Positions 35,680 through 46,299 of a DNA stretch of 64,000 nucleotides are shown here, in pieces (positions within the stretch are counted from its first letter, which is position 1; each line of letters starts with the position of its first letter). The stretch covers positions 70,308,001 through 70,372,000 of the forward strand of contig NC_134468.1 of NCBI RefSeq assembly GCF_964194025.1, given 5' to 3'. The notes beneath the pieces are model-generated. The model had not been told where the DNA came from. It did no database searches and saw nothing but the letters and a program-made list of their open reading frames with translations. Position numbers and translations under genes: made by a program. This stretch comes from Convolutriloba macropyga (lineage: Eukaryota).

Positions 35680-38600
35680 GCTGTGCAGGTACTTTGGTGT
35701 ACAGACTTTTAAGATAGAAGGTTACTACTTTCCCATTTTCCTCCAAATCGATAAATTCTACTGCGGTTCCGGCACCCTCCAATATTAGCGACAACTTCTG
35801 GAAAAAGCGAGACAACTAATTATTAAGATTATTAAGATTATCTCAATTCATGTCGGGTATCAACGAAACAGTTTGAAGAGGACTGTCGTGAAAAGAGACT
35901 CTTATAAACCTTTTCAATAAACCTTCCTGTTTTTTTTAATTCCTAAAAAACTGCTACTGATTTGTTTTTTTTCCGACTATTGACATTTTTACGGAAGGTC
36001 GTATTTTTGCTCACTATGAGGCTTAAAATCATGCCGCTTAGGATGTCTTTTTCAACACACAAAATATATGCTTTTTATGAAACCTTACAACTAGTCAAAA
36101 AAGCATGATTTTTTTGAACCCCCTATCAATCGGCGTCACCCGCGCTTTTTTCGTGTAACACTTCGCAGAGGATTCTTTTCCCATAACATCACAGTCAGTG
36201 CAGTTATCTCAGAGCCCATAAGTTAATCTAATGACTAAGTCCTGCAAAAGTTGCACCCTTTTAAATTTGTCTGTAACCAAAAGCTTTGGAACTAATGACA
36301 GGATGTCAAAAACAAATTTTGGCAGTTCAACAAGTCTAATGCAACAATTCTATTCTGAGAGCCATTTTGCAAGCGCATATCCTGTCGCCCAGTTAGCTTT
36401 GCTAACTTGTCTTTGAGTGTCTCACCAAACAATTTCGAACAGTGCCTTATTTACTTTTTAATGTTGTACACATTAACTTTTCTTTGTTCACATCTCCTGA
36501 GGATGTCCTTATCTTCTTGAAGTTTTTCCTCAAAATATTCACTACTTTGTTCCGCATATTTGAATTGCTTCCCGAAGAACTTAAAGTGAAAGCTATGAAT
36601 CAATCTTTCTAAAAAATCAATCAACTTTTGTGGTATTCAGATTTTCAAGAAAATCCGAATGTTTTTGTTACTATTCTAGTTTTGCGTAAAAAAGCTGTTT
36701 GATATATACAGCTTATTGGTTTAGTCGAAGAATTGGCGTCCTTTAGATAGTGTTTTTAATAGTTTTTATGCCTGAAAATGTATCCTAAGTCATGGTTTTT
36801 TTAGATTTTTGCTCATCATTCGAGCCTGCTCAAAACTGGAGACAGAAACACCCGAAAAGCCAATTCATCGGAGCTACAATCTTGTTGTGTTCTATCGCCA
36901 CCTGTTTTTTCTTTCTCTTGCCTTCCTCTCTCGTTTCCTTAATTTCATTGTTGCGTTAATTTTTTTTAGTAGGGCTTTCAGATTACGTTAGTGGTAAAAA
37001 TCGTTTACTAGGGATTTCATCTCGTGTGCCAGCTCCTGTTTGAGTTCACTGAATTTTTTTAGCTGTATTGTCTGCCTCGACTTTGATATCGAGTGCTTCG
37101 TAACCCCTAGAATCAATAATCCATCGCATAGCAGCGCTTTTTGAAAATATTTGAGGTTCGAAACCGTTGACAGTATTCAATCGCTTCAAATTTGTTCTTA
37201 TTCGTAGTCAAATATTTGGTCAGCCCTTGCGCACTTTTTGGCCTGGAATCACTTAGTTTTTTCAGTGTGCTCAATTGGGCCCTTGAAAAAACATTTTGTG
37301 CATCTTTAACCTGTTTTATGTATGGGTTAAAAGAACGACGAAGAAATGCTGTTAACTACCACAAGAATTCCACATTAATTTTTAAAAATTTTTAATTAAA
37401 TTCTTGCTTTCTGTTCTATTTAAGATATGTTAAAAACGGAATTGGCAATGGCTAAAGCTTCGAAGAATAAGGAATTGTCATTTGAATCTGACTCTGATGA
37501 AAAAAACGAACATTTTCGGACTTTGCGTTCATCATCACGTTCAACTAAAATTGATGCTAAACGGAATGGGATAAACTGAAAAGTTTGCACAACTGACCTT
37601 AATTAATTTATTTAACTCTACGAAATGAGCTAAAACTAAAACGAATTAATTGACATTATATTAGAAATTTGTAATTTTTGTTAACATATAACACACCCAA
37701 CAAATTATAATACCTGTTTCGTTGTTTTCGAAATTTCCGAGTACTTGTTTTTTATTTGAACAGGAAATTTGCTTTCAAGTTTTTCTGTTGTTGTTTTTGG
37801 GGTTTGCTTTTGCAGTTATTTGGAAATAAGACATGTACCAATATGAATTTCAGATCTTGAATGTCAAATTCTGCAATTGAACAAGTATTTCCATGTCAAG
37901 ATGACAAATTTTAATGCCACAATTTTTTGCTGATATTTCAATATCCGATGAGGAGAATACACGGGTCACAGATCAGCATTTTTCTGGTAAAAACAGCACG
38001 CGTTACTTCTTGACAACATATTTTGCAGTAGCAAGTGTTCTTTGTTAAACTACCGTCGTAAAATCTGTTAACTGCTAATCATAGATTCACTCTGATATCG
38101 GACTCTGAAATTTATGTTGTTGTTTGAAAGTTGCAGAGTTTTGAGCAGTCCAATTATGGAAACAATTCAGTGACAACTTTGCCAGTTTCTTTGAAAAGCA
38201 GGAAAATGATAAGTGAAAGTGTGCTCTTGATCATGCATCTATTGTTCCATATCATGCATCTATACAATATTTTGCATTGTAAATTAGAATGCTTGATAGT
38301 CATGACTTTTTAAGGGCTCACCTCGCTGGTTTCCAATGAAAACTTGCAACCTTGTTGCTTGATTTTTTGAGGATTTTTCTTTGCTTTTTACTAGAATTCA
38401 GAGCACATTTGGAACGCAAAAGGATGCAATTTTAGATTAAAACTGAAAAGCAGATGAATAACAGCCTCGAACAGTTGATGAAGCAGGTCAAAATTAGTCA
38501 AAAATTTCAGCAGAAACTCTGATCAACTGGTTCGGATTCTGCCACATTTTCTTGGTTTAGCATAAAAACCCAAGAGAAAATACCTTTTGGAAATTTCCCT

Positions 38601-40810
38601 TTGATATCCAGTAGCAGCTGTAAAATTTGAACAGTTTTTGGCGCCAACTTTCAAAAACTTACTCGGCCTAAACAACGTTAAATCTGAAATCAAAACACAA
38701 TATGCTAGAAAAAATTTAGTTTCAAATTTTTTGGTTGATAAAGAGCAAATTATATATCTTGAATTAAAGAAAATTGTATACCAATGTGGCGGTTGGAGAA
38801 GTTAAACAATTTTCCTCAAGAGATCTCTACTCAAGCACCCTGGAAGTTGAGATCCAAAATTCCGCAATGAAAAGTTTACTAGGTATAGTGGTTACAAATT
38901 CTCTTTTATATGAAAAGGCACCTGTTATGTGCAATTAGAGGGCTAGCTCAGGGGCATCACAGGCTGTAATTTTAGCAAACAATTGTGTCAAATTGTTTGT
39001 GGCATTATTGCAAAAAGCAGAGTGAACCAATGAAAATCTCTCTAAATGAGAACAAATCGTGAAAGCAAAAAACTGCAATCGGAGAGTAATTTTCCGAGGA
39101 AAGGGAATAGTGTGTGAGTTATGCAAAAACTGCTTGCACGCAAAGTGCCAAGGGAAAAAACAAAAAAGGAACATGCCAATGTGAAAACGTTGTTTAGATT
39201 TTTATTAACTGCAGCCATAAACAACCAGCAGGGAAAAATGAGGAGGGAAGCTTGTTCAAAAAACTTGTAGATGACATTATTCACGCAGTTAGTGGTGACC
39301 AGGACAAGTACTTGAAATATGCAAATTCCGTCTGAAAAACTTGCTTTCGACTAAGATAATTGATTACAAATTGAAAGGAACTTTTTTTTGCGCTTTGGTC
39401 AAACGCTTGTATAGAAAAATTCACGCAGCACTAAAAATCAGTATCCTGTTGAATTGCCTTCGAAAAGAAAGAACCAGACTTCATTTGACATAAAAAGTGG
39501 CAGTGGACATCAGTTGAAAACTAAAAAAGAGCATCAGAGATATCAGATTTGCTTTCATAGAAAAACAACAATACAGAGGCAACTGTACACAAAACTTTGT
39601 ATGGAAACCGAAAAAATTATGGAACTTGAAAATTGTACTCAAAATTAAAAAATTTAGAGCGTGTTTCCTCAACGTGACATTTTCTTGCGATGAAAACCTG
39701 AACGCTAACGTAGTTTATAAAAAAATTGTGATGTGTGCGCCTCAATCTATTTTGGTCAGACAAGCCGCCATGTTAGCACGGGGATAACAGAAATCAAAAA
39801 TAGGAATCAAAGTTGGGTCAAATCTTTGCTGAATATTGTAGCTGAGTCAAAATTTTGACTAAAAAATAAAGCGAAAAAAAATCAATATACAATAACGAGA
39901 AAACACTGGTCACAGATCAGAATTTTTCTGGTGAAAACAGCACGCGTTACTTGTTGACAGATCAGATTTCGCAGTATCAACTGTTCTTTTTTAAACTACT
40001 GTTGTACATTGTGTTAACTGCTAATTATAGTTTCGCTCTGTTATAAGACTAAACGTGGGCAACGATAGTAGAAATACCTCTCGCTGCTATCAAAAACAAC
40101 TGACAGCAACAGAAAACTTAATTGTTACAGTTGTGCACCGCTTCAGCAAAAAAAACGTAAATAAAGGGGCGGTCAGCATGATTTTTAACGCAGGAAATAC
40201 TTGTTTTGGCTTCGGTCACGCTTCTGTATAGAAAAAGACGTGCAGGACCTAAAATCAGCGTCTAGTTGATATGTATTCAAAAATAAAGAACAAGACTTAA
40301 GATAAGATGAAAATTAATAGTGAAGATCAGTTGAAAATTGTTAAAGCGAGCATCAAAAAAATCAGATTAGATTTCATAAAAAACCAACAATACAGTGGCA
40401 ACTATAAGCAAAAACCTGTATTCAAATTGAAAAATTATGGAACTTGAAAATTGTATTCAAAACTTAAAAAATTAGATCTTGTTTCCTAAGCATGATACCA
40501 TTTTGCGACAAAAATCTGAAAGCTACTGATAATTAAGACAAAAAAGAACTAGATGCCGATTCATCAATATTGGGGAGACAAGCTGCCATATTTACCATTA
40601 GGATATCAGAAATCAAAATTGGAATCAGAGTTGGGTCAACACCTTGCCGAATGTTGTGGCTCATCGAATAGAAGCGATTGGAAAAATCTGAAAGCCCATG
40701 GCACAGTAGAAAAACTCATAATCATCGAGGCTAGATACATAAGCAAGCTGAAGCCAGGACTAAACATATACGACGAATATCAGGGGCGGTAACTCACGCT
40801 AAAGTATTAG
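35680..40810. mobile_element. Inverted Penelope-like block 3 (duplicate of ~28150-33100 at an offset of about 7-8 kb)
   Basis: 36790 matches 29014 and 37430-39340 matches 29510-31300. The GIY-YIG end IIEARYISKLKPGLNIYDEYQGR is at 40720-40792. Confidence 0.8.
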
Positions 40811-41269
40811 TTCAAATCAAAATTTTGACCAAATTATAGGGCGAAAAAGTTTATTGTGCACGCTTAAATGTTTTTTTTTGAAAACCCTACAATACGGATG
40901 CTGGGGGCTAGGGAAAAGATCGGAATTAGCCCGGAAAAACCAAAAACATGGCAAAAATCCAAAAAAAACGGAAGAAGAATTTTTTATAGGAATTGATATC
41001 AGATGTAAATTTGAAGTTGCAATTAGGCTATATTGAGCAAATTTTTGTAGATATTTCCTGGAATTGTATAAAATGTGGTCTCAGACAAATGTAAAAACTT
41101 TTTCTTTCTATTGAACAATTAATGATTTTTTTTAACTGACGTTGGACGCAACATTCGAAAACGTTTGGTTTAGAAATCAGAAATAGTTTAGAAATCATTG
41201 TCAAATTAAATCTTTCTCTAACTGTTAGATAAAACGAAACGGTATTTACATTTGTCTGAGACCACAGTT

Positions 41270-42060
41270 AAAACCATTACAGGAATTATCTACAAAGCAT
41301 ATCAAATAAATGAGAAAAATTGAAGCACCCAATAGAAGTGAAAAATTTGGGTGCAATGGTATCTGGAAACTTGAACTGGTCAGGCCATACTGAAAACGGG
41401 CTGATAAAAGCGAACAAAGTGTAAGGTAGTCTACGAAGAAATTTTGCGAAACTGCTAAAACCATACACTATTTTGGTTTCATATAATCGCTGGTGTTACG
41501 GGTCTTAATGTATGGTCTTAGTTGTGCGCAGATAAGAAGAACAAGTTTGGTAAATTGGAAAAATTTCAAAGGAAAGTTGTAACTTGGATCTTGGGTTCAC
41601 GCCATGAGCGATATATCAACCAGCTCATGAGCGATATATCAACCAATTCAGCACTGAATATCTTAGCCCTTCCTATGTATATCCAGTTGTTTGATATCTG
41701 AACAATTGCTAAAATTGAGAACCACAAAGGGAACACATCGTTTTCCCAGAAATAACCGAGCTTCTGAGAAGAAGCAGAGAACTGTTTAATATAAAAAAAA
41801 ACAAAAACTTTAAAAGGCAAGAGACGAATTTGATTTCAAGACATGCAAAAAAATAACCGATTGAACAAAAATATAGGTTTTCTCAACCCGAAGGGATTGA
41901 AAAGAAGTGTGTTAAAGGAAATGAGGACTTTTCTTATTGAAAGTTTTTGCAATCAAATTATCTGCACATGTCAGCTTCATTGCGACTGCGCAACATGGAG
42001 AGAGAAATGCAAAAGGTGTTAATGTGTGACTCTGGGGAAATAGTCCCCTCAGTGATAGCT
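41270..42060 (+). mobile_element. 5'-truncated CR1-type LINE 3' fragment
   Basis: SLVLRVLMYG, KLEKFQRKVVTWI, LNILALPMYIQL and terminal CQLHCDCAT parallel the 3' end of the CR1 at 49690-50388. Confidence 0.7.
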
Positions 42061-42165
42061 AAAAATCCTCAAAAGAAACAAAAAAAGGTAACAAAAATAA
42101 GTGGACAATATTTTGGATCTTTTCCGTTTGTGCCCCCATCCATCTTAGTTGGTGTATAATAATTA

Positions 42166-42212
42166 GGGTCTTTCCCACTATAGCCCCCAGCTTAGTGGTT
42201 AGCTTAGTGGTC
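42166..42212. repeat. Left arm of a small TIR element (MITE)
   Basis: gggtctttcccactatagcccccagcttagtggt matches the left end of the intact copy at 51019. Confidence 0.75.
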
Positions 42213-43636
42213 TTATAGTTTCTAGAGTAAAGTGTCTTATAGTTGAAATCAAGGACTAAGGAAGGGCTAACTGCAAAACACTGCGAGAAGTTTTCAGTAT
42301 GTCAATGGTTTAGCGAGTATCAATTTTTTAGATTTACCAAGATGGTGCATAATTTGGCTGCAAGCCCGCTTTGCCGCGCTGTAAAATGTCTCGCTTATTC
42401 AGGGAAAAAACAGTTTTTAGGGAAAATGACATCAGTTCCCGGATTCTCCTTCAACAGAAACTCCTAAAACTGGTTCAAAAACGCAGAAAATCTCCTTCAG
42501 AAGGGTCATCTGAGCAGCAAGAAACACTTGGTAGAGTTGATAACGTGCGTGCCGGAGTTGATAACGTTTCTGAGAACGAACAAAGACCGCTTCAATGCTT
42601 TTGCTTACTATCGATAGATAGGCACAGAAGATAAAGGAAGACGCAGCCAGTGAAGTATTGACAGCTGTATCAGGAAGCTGGATTGGGGATTAAGACCCTG
42701 GAGACAGAATTACCCCATCAATACAATTAAAGAAGCCTGCTCAAGAAAGGAAAATGCAAGAACTTGGGCAAAAGGCTGAGGAAAGCGAGAACCAAGGCAA
42801 GAAAGGTGCAACAGACACAGACTGAGGAGGAGCTCTTGAACAGTCGGGTTTCAATGCTCCTGTTCCTGAGCTTCTTTGTGTTATGTGGTTGTCGCTACCA
42901 AAGACGTGGCTCAGGTATATCTTGATTACTTGAAAAACCTAAATAAGATCACTAGCTGCAATTACCGAATAAATTTTTTAAAACAATGCATTAACAATTA
43001 TATAATTCCAAATTTTTCGAAGTTTCGTGCTTCTAAAGTTTTTTCTGAACAAGCGGTGCACAGTTTTCAATTAAACTCCTGAAACAAGAAAAAAACCGTG
43101 CTGAAAAAGGCCGTAAAGTGTTAAGGGAAAAACTTGAAACAGATTGGAGTGAATTTAAGGAGAAGGTGAGACCAGAACTGATGCCATCCGTTGATGCCAG
43201 AATTAAGTTTGAAATGAGGAATCACTCCACAATGGTTCAAAATAGATTTAATGGGAAACTTGATGAACTGTCAGAGAAACAGGACAGACCATTGCAGAAT
43301 GGCTTCCATAGTAATGTTGTGATAATGGATGGGAGTGAATTTCCAAAGTTTGTACTTGACATTCTATCTTTTGGAGCTAAACACCCTGTGAGAGACAAAT
43401 TTACCGAGGTGCAATTCCTCGCAGACGTAGACAAACTTGTACGTGAATTACGCGAGAATAAAACTGCGGGTGAGAAGCTTTGTGAAATTGAGGTGTCAAT
43501 GGAATGCTATGCAAAAGGTGTACGCGAAACCCGAATGGATAGCGGGGTCAAAAAAGTGCATGAATAACTAAAAGCCAAGGATTTGCTGGCGGTACTATTT
43601 GACAAAAGCTGTGGTTTCTGTGTGATGAAGAAGTCA

Positions 43637-43775
43637 NNNNNNNNNNNNNNNNNNNNNNNNNNNNNNNNNNNNNNNNNNNNNNNNNNNNNNNNNNNNNNNN
43701 NNNNNNNNNNNNNNNNNNNNNNNNNNNNNNNNNNNNNNNNNNNNNNNNNNNNNNNNNNNNNNNNNNNNNNNNNNN
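43637..43775. other. Assembly gap (N run)
   Basis: Run of n characters. Confidence 1.
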
Positions 43776-45567
43776 TAGTATCTCTTGACCTTAAAAGTCT
43801 GTACACCAATTGGGCCCGTTGGAGAGACTATAGACATTGCTCTAGTCAAGAGAACTCTCGTAAAGCAACCTAGCTCCAGAGATCCCACGGTCAGCAATGA
43901 GAAGTTTGTAAAGCTTGTGGTGACAAATGCTAATTTTAAACGTAAAGGTTTCTTGTATGTACAATCAGATGATCTGGCTATGGATGCATGACTGGCTGTA
44001 GGACTAGCAAACGTGCGGATAAAATTGTTTGAGGCATCACTCGAAAAATCAGAGCTCAGTGAAAGTAAAAATAGATCCAACCAAAGTTGGAAGTGCAAAG
44101 AATGCAACAGGAGAGTGCAAAGACTGCAAAGACTTTCCGAGGAAGATGAGTAGAATGTGAGTCATGCAAAAACTGGTTTCATACAAAACGCCAAAGGATA
44201 ACAAACGAGAAATACGCCAACATGCAGGACGTTGTTTGGATTAGTACATATTGCAGCAATCAACGGACAGAGGGGTGGTTTGAGGAGAAGAAATTGTTCA
44301 AAATGTATGTGGATGATGTTATCTGCCCGGTTCGTGGTGACCCGGATGAGTACTTAGAATTTTTAATTTCCTTAAACAAAAATCTGCAATTTACCTTAGA
44401 AAAAGTTAACAATGAAGGGGATTTGGCTTTGCCTGTCATTAACGAAAATGTGAGCAGCAAAGTAAAATCACCTGTCATTGTTATCAAAAAGAAACTGTAT
44501 TTTGGCAGCTGTATCTTTTCTAAAAAACAAAATAATACTGAATTTTCGTAGCTGTGAACCTCTTCAACATAAGAACATTGTCGTTCAAGGGACGGTTCAC
44601 AGGATTTGTAATGTAACGTCTAATTGGTTGGCCTTCGATCAGGCTCTTGAAAAGAACAAAACTTTCTGGATCAAAAATCAGTATCCAGAGGAATGGTCCT
44701 AAATAAGTGAACCAGACTTTAGAAAAGATAATAAAAGGCTCTAAAGTCCCATTGAAAACAACGCCAAAAGAGCATGGAAAAAAACAAAACTAGATCTCAT
44801 GATAGAACGAATATTTTTTTTACAATACATAGCCAACATTACTCAAAACTTTGCCAGCAAATTGAAATAACTATGAGATTTGCGAGTGGTTGTTATAACG
44901 CAGAAATCATCTTTCGGTAGAGTCTTGAAATCCCACGTGGTATATAAGTTAAATTGTAATGGATGCGGTTCCCTCTATGTTGGGAAAACAAGCTGGCATG
45001 TTACCACAAAGATATCAAAACAGCAAAAGAAGGATTCATTGTTTGGTCAACATCTTGTTAAATTTTGTGGCGCCGCGAATGACATTGAACGGAAAATTCT
45101 AGATAAGTGTCGGACAGTTGAGAGCTAATGACCGTCGAAGATATATACATCAGCAAGCTGAAGCTGGCACTAAATACACCCAAAAAATAGGGGGCGCAAA
45201 CTCACGTTAAAATATTAGTTCAAATCAAGATTTTGAATTGAGAAGGATACCTGGGGCAAAAAACTTTTTGTGCATGACAAAACGAACTTTGCAAAACCTC
45301 TACAAGAAGGATACTTAGGGTAAGGGCAAATTCGAAACTACAATAGAAAAACAAAAAGCATGGCCAAAATCGAATATACAGGAATAGGAATGTTTTTAAA
45401 GAAATTGATAACAGATGTAACTATGAGTTGTAGATATGTTAAATATTGTATATAGAAAAAATTTTCAATTGAATGTTTTAGAATGGTCTCTAGAATTGTT
45501 TTAATTGTGGTTTTAGGTAAAAGTAAGTTCATATTCATTTCATCTTTTAACAATTTGTGAAACAGTT

Positions 45568-45610
45568 TTAACCTGACGATAAACGCAAAGTTCGAAAACG
45601 TTAGTTTTAA
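45568..45610 (+). ncRNA. Minimal type I hammerhead ribozyme relic in PLE 3' end (homologues: 41131-41172 +; 29572-29612, 33257-33297, 37503-37541 -)
   Basis: aac-CTGACGA-t-aaac-gcaaa-gttc-GAAA-acgt-TA-gtt. The five-copy consensus is AAC CTGANGA T GRAC GCAAA GTYC GAAA ACGT TC GTT, with a palindromic loop 3. Confidence 0.7.
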
Positions 45611-45989
45611 ATATCGGAAGTAATTTTAATTTGTTAAATTGGTTTCTTTGAAAGTGAGTGACCGAAGTGAGATGGTTGTCCCAAAGACCCGCCTTAAGAA
45701 AACAAATTCAGACTTCTTTATCAGAACCGCGTTCCGTGTTAATATATTATCAAGAGCAATTAGAAAACAAATGCATGAAATATCCAAGAAAGACCTCACT
45801 TTTTTGTACTGGAATTAATTTGACAAATGTAGCGAAAGCAACTCGTGTACTTGGATAAAAAACTGCTGCGGCTCATGCAACCCCATTGGAAAACTCAAAA
45901 AAAAACACTGAGATTCATTAAAATTAACACTTGGTTGCAAACCAATGGTTATAATAATCCCTGAAGCCTGTACTACTACTAATACTAAA

Positions 45990-46063
45990 CTATAGACCCC
46001 AATCATGGTAACTATACCATAATGGGGGCTATAATTTCATGAGGGGCTATAATGGGAAAGACC
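45990..46063. repeat. Right arm of the same small TIR element (MITE)
   Basis: atcatggtaactataccataatgggggctataat...ggggctataatgggaaagacc. The last 21 nt are the reverse complement of 42167-42187 with one mismatch. Confidence 0.75.
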
Positions 46064-46299
46064 ACTTATTTGCACCCCCCCGACGCACATGTCATATTTT
46101 TACATGACGATTTACTATATAATGGCACTTGCTCTGTAACTGGTGGGAGCATAACGTACTTGGGGGGGGACAAACGGAAAAGATCTACCATTTGTTTACT
46201 GGCGACCGGGAAACTAAATAGCCCTGGAGCAGAATATCATGATAGTCCTCAAACACTGGAGAATTTGAGTGTCTGAGAAACCAGTGTTCTTGCGACTGC

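Larger units (their letters stand above)
42240..45700 (+). mobile_element. Near full-length decayed Penelope-like retroelement (RT with internal PHD finger + C-terminal GIY-YIG endonuclease)
   Basis: N-terminus (LSFGAKHPVRDKF, AVLFDKSCGFCVM), RT A VSLDLKSLYTN, RT B' YVQSDDLAMDA*LAVGLAN, PHD 44094-44254, RT C MYVDDVI, NLQFTLE, thumb, GIY-YIG VVYKLNCNGCGSLYVGKT...EDIYISKLKLALN. Contains stops, frameshifts and an assembly gap. Confidence 0.92.
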
